Shown: one piece after another, positions 27,077 through 35,950 of the stretch
Layout: each line of letters opens with the position of its first letter
Position numbering within the stretch: position 1 is the stretch's first letter
NCBI GenBank assembly: GCA_046593155.1
Contig: JBKJRX010000010.1
Coordinates: forward strand, 1-60,759
Direction of reading: 5' to 3'
Source of the DNA: Lacunisphaera sp.
Lineage (GTDB): Bacteria; Verrucomicrobiota; Verrucomicrobiia; Opitutales; Opitutaceae
Length of the DNA: 60,759 bases
Notes under the pieces: generated by a model
What the model saw: the letters and a program-made list of their open reading frames with translations, nothing else
The model's database searches: none
Told to the model about the DNA's origin: nothing
Program-made: the position numbers and the translations under genes

Positions 27077-29848
27077 TCAGAACTTGTAGGAGGCGCCGAA
27101 GGAGTAGGAGGCGCCGTAGGTCTGGTAGTTGATGACGCGGCGCGGATCGTTGTTGTCGTAGGTGACCAGCGGTTCGTTGTTCAGGTTATAGGCCTGCAGG
27201 AGCAACGAGAGGCCCTTGAACCGACCTTGCTCGAAGGCGTAGCCGATCTGGGCGTCGATGACGTTTTCGGGCTGGGCGACGGAGAAGCCGCCGTTGGGGC
27301 TCACATCGCCGCTCTGGTTGGGCACGCCGAAGGTGGTGATGTATTGGCGGTTTTCCGAACGGTAACGGTCGCTGACGCGCACCGAGAAGCCGTGGCGCTC
27401 GTAGTAGGCGGTGACGTTGGCCACGTGGCGCGAGAGCCCCGAGATCGGGGCGCTGCCGCTGGTCGGGCCCCAGGGCATGATGCTGCTGTCCGTGTAGGCG
27501 CCGCCCATCACCAGACCGAAGCCCTTGATGTCGCGGTTGAACAGCTCGGAGGAGAGCGAGAGCGAGATCTCGAAGCCGGTGATGCTGCCGCCCGTGCCGT
27601 TGACCGGCTGGGAGACGAGGCCCTGGCGGAGGACGGGCTGCGGGCCGGCGGTGACCGGATAACCGGTGAAGTCGGCGAGGGAGCGCTGCTCATAGATGTA
27701 GTTCGTGAGCTTCTTGGCGAAGCCGGCGAGGGCGATGTAGCCGCGCTTCTGGGCGAAGTAGCGCTCGATCGAGAGGTCGACGGAGTTCGAGGCCCACGGG
27801 CGGAGCCGCGAGTTGCCGCCGCCGCCGCTCCAGGGGCTCTGGGCGAGGTTGGTGGAGGCCGCGTTGGCCGGGTTGTAGCCCCAGGTGCGGGAGGCGCGCA
27901 TGTCATGCATGCGCGGGCGCGCGAGCTGGCGGGCGAGGCTGAAGCGGATGATCGTGTCCGGGCCCGGCTTGAGGTTCAGGTTCAGGTTCGGCGCCAATTC
28001 CCAGTATTTGTCGCCGTCGCTGACGGCGGTGAGTGTGTTGCCGTTGGCCGAGAACCCCTTCGAGGACTGGTCGGTGTGGATGGCGCGGACGCCAAGGTTG
28101 CCGGAGATGGGCAGGGAGCCGATCTTGGAGTCGAGGTTGAACAGCGCGTAGAGCTGGCCCACTTTTTCGCGGATTTCGTAGCGGTTGGCGACGATGCCGG
28201 TGTCGTTGTTCTGCGTGTAGGCCCAGAGGCCGGAGTTGTAGGCGGCGAGCGGGTCGTAGGCGTAGATGCGGCCGAGGCCGAGGAAGCCCATGTCGGTCGT
28301 GCCGACGCTGGCGGGCAGGGCCAGGGTGTTGGCGCCGTTGGCGGGCGAGATGAACCCGGAGGGGCCTTCGCCGTCGCGCTTGTAGCGGTCGGTGTAGCTC
28401 GTGCCGAGTTCGACGCTCGAGAACCACTTGCCGAGGTCGTGCTTCGTGAAGGCCTTGAACTGGCCCATCTCATCCTTGGCGCGGAAATATTTCAGGTAGC
28501 CGTGCATGCCGCCGCCGGGGATATTGGTCGGGCCCCAGCCCTGCGGATCGCTGAGGCGGACGCCGGAGCCGTCGGCGTAGTTCTTGGTCGGGGTGATGGT
28601 CGGGACGGCGCCCGGCGTGAGCATGACGCGCATCGTGTCCGCCGTGGTGAACGGGGTGCCGCGGAAACTGAGGCCGGACCAGGTCTCCAGGTTCTGGTCG
28701 GTGCGCTCGATCGTCGAGAAGCCGAAGTCAAAGTTGACCGGCCAGGCGGACTGCCCGCCAATGACGAGGTTCAGGCCGAGGGCCAGCGGGCTGTCGGTGC
28801 GCAGGAAGACGTCGTTGCGGATGACCGGCTGGACGTTGGTGAACGTGGAGTTCGTCACCAGGCCCCCGGAGGAGGTGTAACCGGGCTGGAGCGAGGCGCT
28901 GCTCCACAGCAGCGGGATTTCCATGCCGCGGAGGAGCTGCTTCTCCTCAAAGTCGGCGCTGTAGATGTCGAACTTCGCGTGGAGGTTGTCGTTCGGCTTG
29001 AACTCCAGCACGAGCATGTAGGCCTCGCGATCAAGGGTGCTGTTGCGCACATAGGACTTGGTGCCACCGAGGACGTAGGCGCCGCCGGCTTCCGTCGGGT
29101 AGCCCCAGGCCTGGAACTGTTCGCCGGCCCACGGGGTGCTGGCCACCGAGACGCCGAGCGCGATGCCGACCTTGCCGTCGGCGAACTGGTCGATGTAGGC
29201 GAGGCCGACCCGGTGGCCGCTCTCGCTCACCCCGGGGGTGAGCTGCCCCAGGTCGCTCCATTGGTAGTAACCGTTGATGGCGACCTGCCGGCGGCCCTTG
29301 CTGAGCGGGCTGACCGTCTGCATGTCGATCGTGCCGGCAATGCCCTGGCTGGGCAGGTTGGCGGAGGCGGTCTTGTAGACGGTGACGGTCTCGAGGAGAT
29401 CGGCCGGGTATTGGTCAAATTCCACCGCGCGGTTGAGGTTCGTGGAGACTTGTTCGCGGCCGTTGAGGGTCGCGGTGCTGAAGTCGCCGCTCAGGCCGCG
29501 CACGCTGATCTGCTGGGCGCGACCGTTGGTGCGCTGGGCCGCGAGCCCGGGCAGCCGGGTGAGGGCGTCGGCGATGCTGATGTCCGGCAGCTTGCCGAGG
29601 TCCTCGGAGGCGATGACCTCCGTGATGCTCACGGCGTTCTGCTTCTTCTCGGCGGCGGCCGCGAGGCTGCCACTGAAACCGGCCCGGACCGTGAAGGTGT
29701 CGAGAATGACCACCTTCTCCTTGTCCGCTTTCTCCTTTTCGGTGATGGTGCCCGCCTGTTGGGCGTGGGCCAAGGCGCTGGTAAATACAATAGCCGCGAC
29801 CAGGGTCGCGCTACGTGTGAATCCTAGGGTGGGGTTCAATGCTTGCAT
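27077..29848 (-). CDS. TonB-dependent receptor (maltodextrin type)
   Basis: EDLGKLPDISIADALTRLPG plug, ISVRG, C-terminal GASYKF; context. Confidence 0.93.
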   Translation of the reverse strand: MQALNPTLGFTRSATLVAAIVFTSALAHAQQAGTITEKEKADKEKVVILDTFTVRAGFSGSLAAAAEKKQNAVSITEVIASEDLGKLPDISIADALTRLPGLAAQRTNGRAQQISVRGLSGDFSTATLNGREQVSTNLNRAVEFDQYPADLLETVTVYKTASANLPSQGIAGTIDMQTVSPLSKGRRQVAINGYYQWSDLGQLTPGVSESGHRVGLAYIDQFADGKVGIALGVSVASTPWAGEQFQAWGYPTEAGGAYVLGGTKSYVRNSTLDREAYMLVLEFKPNDNLHAKFDIYSADFEEKQLLRGMEIPLLWSSASLQPGYTSSGGLVTNSTFTNVQPVIRNDVFLRTDSPLALGLNLVIGGQSAWPVNFDFGFSTIERTDQNLETWSGLSFRGTPFTTADTMRVMLTPGAVPTITPTKNYADGSGVRLSDPQGWGPTNIPGGGMHGYLKYFRAKDEMGQFKAFTKHDLGKWFSSVELGTSYTDRYKRDGEGPSGFISPANGANTLALPASVGTTDMGFLGLGRIYAYDPLAAYNSGLWAYTQNNDTGIVANRYEIREKVGQLYALFNLDSKIGSLPISGNLGVRAIHTDQSSKGFSANGNTLTAVSDGDKYWELAPNLNLNLKPGPDTIIRFSLARQLARPRMHDMRASRTWGYNPANAASTNLAQSPWSGGGGNSRLRPWASNSVDLSIERYFAQKRGYIALAGFAKKLTNYIYEQRSLADFTGYPVTAGPQPVLRQGLVSQPVNGTGGSITGFEISLSLSSELFNRDIKGFGLVMGGAYTDSSIMPWGPTSGSAPISGLSRHVANVTAYYERHGFSVRVSDRYRSENRQYITTFGVPNQSGDVSPNGGFSVAQPENVIDAQIGYAFEQGRFKGLSLLLQAYNLNNEPLVTYDNNDPRRVINYQTYGASYSFGASYKF

Positions 29849-30216
29849 GGTGTGTCTCTCAGGGTTCGGGGCTAAACAGGGGCGGGGTGCACCGGGGGGT
29901 GCTCCGTGTGTGGCCAGAAAATCACCGTCGGGCGGCCGCGGCGCGACGCGCAAACCTCCCATAAAACCGCGATGACTCGGACAACTCTTAGGTTCAGCCG
30001 CGCGCCGTGCGCGCCATCACGAAAGGCCGCCTTGGTCACTCGGAGTGCGTTTTCCCTCGGAGAACGCGGATTAACCCCGGTTAAAATCATCCGGTGGCGA
30101 TAAACCGCTCCGCAGTATTTTACAGACCCGACCTAGGTTTTTTCCGGGCCATGGAAGACTTCTCCCCGGGACCCCGTTTGACCACCGTCCCCCTTGCCGC
30201 ATCTTCCCTTAACCCC

Positions 30217-33200
30217 ATGACACCCCGGTTCCGCCTGTTTTTTACCGTTCTGGCCGGCCTGGCCTCCCTCCTCGCCCGTGCCGCCGATCCTGTCGCCGTC
30301 CCCCGCTTTACCCATCCTGGTGCCGGCCAGACTTTTTATTTCGTGCTCACTGACCGTTTCGCCAACGGCAGCACGGCCAATGACACCGGCGGTTTTCCCG
30401 GCGGGATCGAGGACCACGGGTTCGACCCGACACGCATTGGTTATTTTCATGGCGGTGATTTTGCCGGGCTCACTGCAAAACTCGACTACCTCAAGGCGCT
30501 TGGCACCACCGCCGTGTGGGTCACGCCGCCTTTCCAGAACAAGCCGGTGCAAACCGGCTCCGCCGCCTACCACGGCTACTGGGTGACCGACTTCCTCAAG
30601 ATCGACCCGCATCTCGGCACCAACGACGACTTCCGCCGGTTTGTCGAACAGGCCCACCACCGTGGCCTGAAGGTCTACATGGACATCATCGCCAACCACT
30701 CGGCCGACGTCATCCATTTTCCCGACAACCGCGTCGACTACCTTGAGTCAAAGGCCCACCCGCTGCGCAATGCCGCCACCGGCGCGCCGCTCACCGAGCG
30801 CAGCTTCGCCTACAACGGCCTCGGCGACACCACGCGGCCCGCGCTCTCGGCCGAACGCAGCTTTCCCTACCGGCCGCTCGTCCCGGCAGCCGAGAAGAAC
30901 GTGAAGAACCCGGCGTGGCTCAACGATGTCACCTTCTACCACAACCGCGGCAACTCCGCCTTTCGCGACGAAAGTTCCATCCACGGCGACTTCGTGGGCC
31001 TCGACGACATCTTCACCGAGCACCCGCGCGTGGTGCAGGGCATGATCGATATCTTTAGCTCGTGGGTGCGCGACTACGGGGTGGACGGCTTCCGCATCGA
31101 CACGGCGCGCCACGTCAACGCCGAGTTCTGGCAGGCTTTTGGCCCGGCCATCCGCGAGGCGGCGCGCGGCGCCGGCCGGCCGGCCTTCATCCAGTTTGGC
31201 GAGGTGGCCAACGAGAGCCTCGATATCGAATTGCTCAGCGAATTCTCCACGCACATGCCGCTGGATACGACGCTCGACTTCGGCTTCTTCACCGCGGCCC
31301 GGCGCTTTGTGTCCAAGGCCGGCACCGCGGCCGCCCTCAGTGACGTCTTCCAGCGCGACGACCTCTATACCGACCACGACAGCAACATCCACTCGACCAC
31401 CACCTTCATCGGCAACCACGATGCCGGCCGCTTCGGCTACTTCCTCCAACAGGATAATCCTGGCGCCACGCCCGCCTTGCTCACGGACCTCGTCAAGCTC
31501 GGCCACGGTCTCCTCTACCTCTCGCGCGGCCAGCCGGTGATCTATTACGGCGACGAACAGGGCATGGTCGGCCGCGGCGGCAACGACATGCAGGCCCGCG
31601 AGGACATGTTCCCGGCGCAGGCCCCGGACTTCCGCCAAGCCCCGCTCTTGGCCACGACGCGCACCGGGGCCGATGACAAGTTCGATCCGGCGCACCCGTT
31701 CTACCAGTTCTTCGCGAAGCTCGCCGCCCTGCGCGCGGCCCACCCGGCCCTGCGCGCCGGCGCCATGTTGCTCCGGGACAGCGGCCAGCCCGGCCTCTTC
31801 GCCTTCTCCCGGGTGGAACGCGGCGAAAAGGTGGAATATCTCGTCGCGCTCAACAATTCCCGCCGCGAGAAACTCACCGCGGCGCTGCCGACCAGCCAGC
31901 CGGCCGGCGCCGGTTTCCGTCTGCTCTTTGCTTCGCACACCGGCGCGGGCTCGGACGCTCCGCTCGCAACCGACTCCGCCGGCCGTCTGGCCGTTGAACT
32001 TTATCCGCTACAATTCGCGGTCTGGCGCGCCACCACTCCGCTCGCGACGCCGACCAGCCCGCTCCGCCTCGCCTTGGTCAATCCAGCCGACCAGGCCACG
32101 CTGACCTTCAGCCAGCGTGAACATGACGGCCATTTCTTCCCCACCCGACAGGAGTTGCGGGCCGAGGTTGGCGGGGGCGATGGCTTCGCCGAGGTAACCT
32201 TCGTGCTGCAGCGCGCCTCACGCCCCGGCCAATACGAACTGCTCGGCACGGACGACACGTCACCCTACCGCCTTTTCTGGCGCCCGCCACCCGACCTTGC
32301 TTCCGGCGAGCAGCTCACCTTCACCGCGACCGTCACCGACCTGCGCGGCCGGACCGCGACGTCCAGTGTCACGGGCGTCAAGGTCGCGCCCGCCAAATTC
32401 CCGTTCGGCATCGCCGGCGCCACCGTGCCGGTCATCAAGTCAGCTCCCCCCGCCACGGCCGCCCTTGCCGCCGGCACGCTGCTGACGCTCAGCGTCGCCG
32501 CCGAAGGCACCGGCCCGCTTGAATACCAATGGATCCGCGACGAGGCGGAGATTCCCGGCGCCACCGATGCCAGTCTCAATGTGACGGCGCCCGGCCGCTA
32601 CGTTGCCCTCGTGCGCAACCGCGCCGGCACCGTCTTCGCCCCGGCCACGATCGTAACGGCCGACCCGGTGGCCGCCTTGCCCGGAGCACGGGTCGAGACG
32701 CATGCAGCCTTGCCGTCAAAGTTTGTCCCGACCCGTCGCGTCGATGTCTGGCTGCCGCCGGGCTATGACGCCAACGCGTCGGAGCGTTATCCCGTAGTCT
32801 ACATGCACGACGGCCAGAATCTTTTTGATCCCGCGACGAGCTACGGCGGCGTGCCCTGGTCGGCCGACGTGGCCATGACCCGGCTCATGGCTTCGCGCCG
32901 GACGCGTGGTGCCATCATTGTCGGTGTCTGGAACACGTCCGCCCGTTTCGCCGAATACCTGCCGCAAAAGGCGGTGCCGGCCGCCGCCTACGATGCCCTG
33001 GTCAGGCAGTTCAACCTGACCCGCGTCCTGCCGCGGGGCGACGACTACCTGAAATACCTGGTCACGGAGCTTAAACCTTTCATCGACCGCACCTATCGCA
33101 CACGTCCGGAGCGCGAGCACACGTCCACAATGGGCTCGAGCATGGGCGGCCTCATCTCCGCCTACGCGGTCTGCGAATACCCGGAAGTCTTCGGGGGCGC

Positions 33201-33486
33201 GGGCTGTGTGTCGATCCACTGGCCGCTCGGCGACGGCGTGATCATCGACTGGTTCGCCCGCCACCTGCCCAAGCCCGGCGTGCACCGCCTCTACTTTGAC
33301 TTCGGCACCGAGACGCTCGACGCCACCTACGAACCCTACCAGCGGCGCGTGGATGCCGTGATGCGGGTCGCCGGATACCGCGAAGGCCGCGACTGGCTAA
33401 CGGGCAAATTCCACGGCGCCCTGCACTCCGAGAAATCCTGGCGCGAGCGCGTGGATGTGCCCTTGGCGTTTCTGCTGCGGCAATAA
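30217..33486 (+). CDS. secreted GH13 amylase/pullulanase + Ig-like + alpha/beta-hydrolase esterase fusion
   Basis: YFVLTDRF, YHGYW, GFRIDT, FGEV, GNHD; GTGPLEYQW Ig; YMHDGQN, GSSMGG, HSE. Confidence 0.9.
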   Translation: MTPRFRLFFTVLAGLASLLARAADPVAVPRFTHPGAGQTFYFVLTDRFANGSTANDTGGFPGGIEDHGFDPTRIGYFHGGDFAGLTAKLDYLKALGTTAVWVTPPFQNKPVQTGSAAYHGYWVTDFLKIDPHLGTNDDFRRFVEQAHHRGLKVYMDIIANHSADVIHFPDNRVDYLESKAHPLRNAATGAPLTERSFAYNGLGDTTRPALSAERSFPYRPLVPAAEKNVKNPAWLNDVTFYHNRGNSAFRDESSIHGDFVGLDDIFTEHPRVVQGMIDIFSSWVRDYGVDGFRIDTARHVNAEFWQAFGPAIREAARGAGRPAFIQFGEVANESLDIELLSEFSTHMPLDTTLDFGFFTAARRFVSKAGTAAALSDVFQRDDLYTDHDSNIHSTTTFIGNHDAGRFGYFLQQDNPGATPALLTDLVKLGHGLLYLSRGQPVIYYGDEQGMVGRGGNDMQAREDMFPAQAPDFRQAPLLATTRTGADDKFDPAHPFYQFFAKLAALRAAHPALRAGAMLLRDSGQPGLFAFSRVERGEKVEYLVALNNSRREKLTAALPTSQPAGAGFRLLFASHTGAGSDAPLATDSAGRLAVELYPLQFAVWRATTPLATPTSPLRLALVNPADQATLTFSQREHDGHFFPTRQELRAEVGGGDGFAEVTFVLQRASRPGQYELLGTDDTSPYRLFWRPPPDLASGEQLTFTATVTDLRGRTATSSVTGVKVAPAKFPFGIAGATVPVIKSAPPATAALAAGTLLTLSVAAEGTGPLEYQWIRDEAEIPGATDASLNVTAPGRYVALVRNRAGTVFAPATIVTADPVAALPGARVETHAALPSKFVPTRRVDVWLPPGYDANASERYPVVYMHDGQNLFDPATSYGGVPWSADVAMTRLMASRRTRGAIIVGVWNTSARFAEYLPQKAVPAAAYDALVRQFNLTRVLPRGDDYLKYLVTELKPFIDRTYRTRPEREHTSTMGSSMGGLISAYAVCEYPEVFGGAGCVSIHWPLGDGVIIDWFARHLPKPGVHRLYFDFGTETLDATYEPYQRRVDAVMRVAGYREGRDWLTGKFHGALHSEKSWRERVDVPLAFLLRQ

Positions 33487-33496
33487 TCGCGCCGGC

Positions 33497-33694
33497 CTAG
33501 AAGATCGTGTAGATGAACGGGGCGACCCCGCTGCCGCCGAGCAGGATGAGCGCGCTGGCGAGCAACAGCAGCACGATGATCGGGATCAGCCACCATTTTT
33601 TGTTGTGCCGGGCAAAATGCAGAAATTGGGCGATGGTCCCGGGCTGTTTGCCCGCCGCCTGCTGTTGAAATTGACTGGCTGGTTTTTGATCCAT
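33497..33694 (-). CDS. small membrane protein (DUF5989/SxtK-like)
   Basis: KKWWLIPII...APFIYTIF signature. Confidence 0.88.
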   Translation of the reverse strand: MDQKPASQFQQQAAGKQPGTIAQFLHFARHNKKWWLIPIIVLLLLASALILLGGSGVAPFIYTIF

Positions 33695-33696
33695 GT

Positions 33697-34110
33697 TCAG
33701 TGCTGTCGAAAATAGCTGACCGGGTCACGCCGGGCCGGGCGCGGCTGCCAATACGTGCCGGCCTGGCGGTCGAATTTTCGCTCCAGGGGATCGTAGCGAC
33801 AGAGGCGTAAAACCAGGCCGATGGGGGTCACGACGAGGTAATACAGCAGCACCAGCATGAGCGTCGAGACCACAAACCCGATTGGAAAGGTGGCGTAAGC
33901 CAGGCCGACATAAAGCCGGCGCAAGCCTTCCCGCCACACCAGACCGGCCAACGGCACCATGACCGCCAGGCTCCAGCAGACCAGGGCCACCGGGGGGCGA
34001 TCGTGCCGCCACTGCACCAGTCCCAACACGCCAACGAAAATCAGCCACGCAACGGCGAAGACCAGCAGCTGGCGTGGCGGCGGATGGCGGTTGAGGCGGA
34101 TGAGCGACAT
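33697..34110 (-). CDS. SxtJ family membrane protein
   Basis: PIGFVVS..YYLVVTPIG..DPL..YW; context. Confidence 0.85.
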   Translation of the reverse strand: MSLIRLNRHPPPRQLLVFAVAWLIFVGVLGLVQWRHDRPPVALVCWSLAVMVPLAGLVWREGLRRLYVGLAYATFPIGFVVSTLMLVLLYYLVVTPIGLVLRLCRYDPLERKFDRQAGTYWQPRPARRDPVSYFRQH

Positions 34111-34117
34111 GGCGGGC

Positions 34118-35950
34118 TTAATCGATTTCGAAGCGATCGAGATGGGCCTGGCGATCCGGCGGCGCTTTAACCGGCTGCCTTTTCTTGTGCAGAATATAAT
34201 TTCCCACGACCAGCACGTCCATGTCCGTTGCCATGAAACAACGGTAGGCATCGGCCGGCGTGCAGACGATGGGCTCACTCCGGACGTTGAAACTGGTGTT
34301 GATCATCACCGGGCAGCCGGTCTGGCGCGCGAAGGCCTGCAGCAGGCGGTGCAGACGGGGATTCCGCACTTCATCCACGGTCTGGATGCGGGCGCTGTGA
34401 TCGACATGGGTGACCGCGGGAATGACGGAGCGGATCTCATTCACGCGCCCAACCCCGGTCGCGGGGGCGGCCTCCGGAGCGCGGCGGAGTTCCCCCCGCA
34501 CCGGGGCCACGAGCAGCATGTAGGGGCTTTCCACGCCGGGTTTCAGTTCAAAATACTCCGCCGCGCGCTCGGCGAGCACGATCGGCGCAAAAGGCCGGAA
34601 CGACTCCCGGAACTTGATCTTCTGGTTCATGGTGGACTGCATGCCCGGATTACGCGCGTCTCCGAGAATGCTGCGGTTGCCGAGGGCGCGCGGGCCGAAT
34701 TCCATCCGGCCCTGCACCCAGCCCACCACCTTGCCGGCGGCGATCAGGGTGGCTGTTTCCGCGCACAATTTTTCCTCGTTCTCCACCCATTCATAAACCC
34801 CGCCACCTTCCGTCAGCGCCGCGGCGATCTCCTCGTTGGAAAATTCCGGGCCCAGCAGTGTGCCGTGCTGGCCATCAGGACGGCCGGGGGCGCGCGGATT
34901 TTCGAGCAGTTGATGCCAGGTGAACAGCGCGGCGCCCAGCGCTCCCCCCGCGTCCCCGGCCGCGGGTTGAACCCAGATGTTCTCAAAGGGGCCCTCGCGC
35001 AGCAGCCGGCCGTTGGCCACACAGTTCAGGGCCACGCCGCCGGCCAGACAGAGGTTCTTCAAGCCAGTCTGCGCATGAAGGTGCCGTGCCATCCGGAGCA
35101 TGATTGTTTCGGTGACAACCTGAACCGAGGCTGCGAGGTCCAGCTCCCGCGCGGTGAGTGCGGCCTCCGGGCGACGCGGCGGTCCGCCAAACAACGCATC
35201 GAATCGCGGCGATGTCATCGTCAGCCCCGCGCAAAAATCGAAGTAGTCGAGCGCGAGCCGGAATGAGCCGTCGGCCTTGAGATCCATAATTTTTTCCAGA
35301 ATCAGGTCCGCGTATCGCGGGGTGCCGTAGGGCGCCAAGCCCATCAGTTTGTATTCCCCGCTGTTCACCCGGAAACCACAGAAATAAGTGAACGCCGAGT
35401 AGAGCAGGCCGAGGGAGTGCGGAAAACGCATCTCGTGGGTGAGCTCAATGTGGTGTCCGCGCCCGACGCCCAGCGTTGCCGTGCTCCATTCGCCGACTCC
35501 GTCGACGGTCAGGAGGGCGGCCTCCTCGAAGGGCGAGGGAAAGAACGCGCTGGCCGCGTGGGATTCATGGTGCTCGGTGAACACATAGGGCCGGCGATAT
35601 TTGCCTCCGAGTCCTTCATTCATCACCCGCGTCAGTTGCAGTTTTTCGTGCAGCCACTGCGGGGTCGCCTTGAAAAAGGAACGGATCCCGGCCGGGGCGA
35701 AACTCAGGTAGGTCTCGAGCAGGCGCTCAAATTTTAAGAAGGGTTTTTCGTAGAACACCACATGGTCCAGCTGGGCGGGGGTCAGTCCTGCGGTGCGCAG
35801 GCAGTAATCGACCGCGTGCCGCGGAAAGCTTTCGTCGTGTTTACGGCGGGTGAACCGCTCCTCCTGGGCGGCGGCCACGATCCGTCCATCCACGAGCAGC
35901 ACCGCGGCGGAGTCGTGAAAGAAGGCGGAGATCCCGAGGATCGCCGTCAT
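34118..35950 (-). CDS. O-carbamoyltransferase (CmcH/NodU family)
   Basis: HDSAA, QEERFTRRKHD, HHESHAASAF, EYKLMGLAPYG, EFGPRALGNRS, NTSFN. Confidence 0.95.
   Translation of the reverse strand: MTAILGISAFFHDSAAVLLVDGRIVAAAQEERFTRRKHDESFPRHAVDYCLRTAGLTPAQLDHVVFYEKPFLKFERLLETYLSFAPAGIRSFFKATPQWLHEKLQLTRVMNEGLGGKYRRPYVFTEHHESHAASAFFPSPFEEAALLTVDGVGEWSTATLGVGRGHHIELTHEMRFPHSLGLLYSAFTYFCGFRVNSGEYKLMGLAPYGTPRYADLILEKIMDLKADGSFRLALDYFDFCAGLTMTSPRFDALFGGPPRRPEAALTARELDLAASVQVVTETIMLRMARHLHAQTGLKNLCLAGGVALNCVANGRLLREGPFENIWVQPAAGDAGGALGAALFTWHQLLENPRAPGRPDGQHGTLLGPEFSNEEIAAALTEGGGVYEWVENEEKLCAETATLIAAGKVVGWVQGRMEFGPRALGNRSILGDARNPGMQSTMNQKIKFRESFRPFAPIVLAERAAEYFELKPGVESPYMLLVAPVRGELRRAPEAAPATGVGRVNEIRSVIPAVTHVDHSARIQTVDEVRNPRLHRLLQAFARQTGCPVMINTSFNVRSEPIVCTPADAYRCFMATDMDVLVVGNYILHKKRQPVKAPPDRQAHLDRFEID

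Noticed and set aside
26867-29827. 986-aa plus-strand ORF
   Set aside because: Antisense to the TonB receptor; expected from high-GC codon bias
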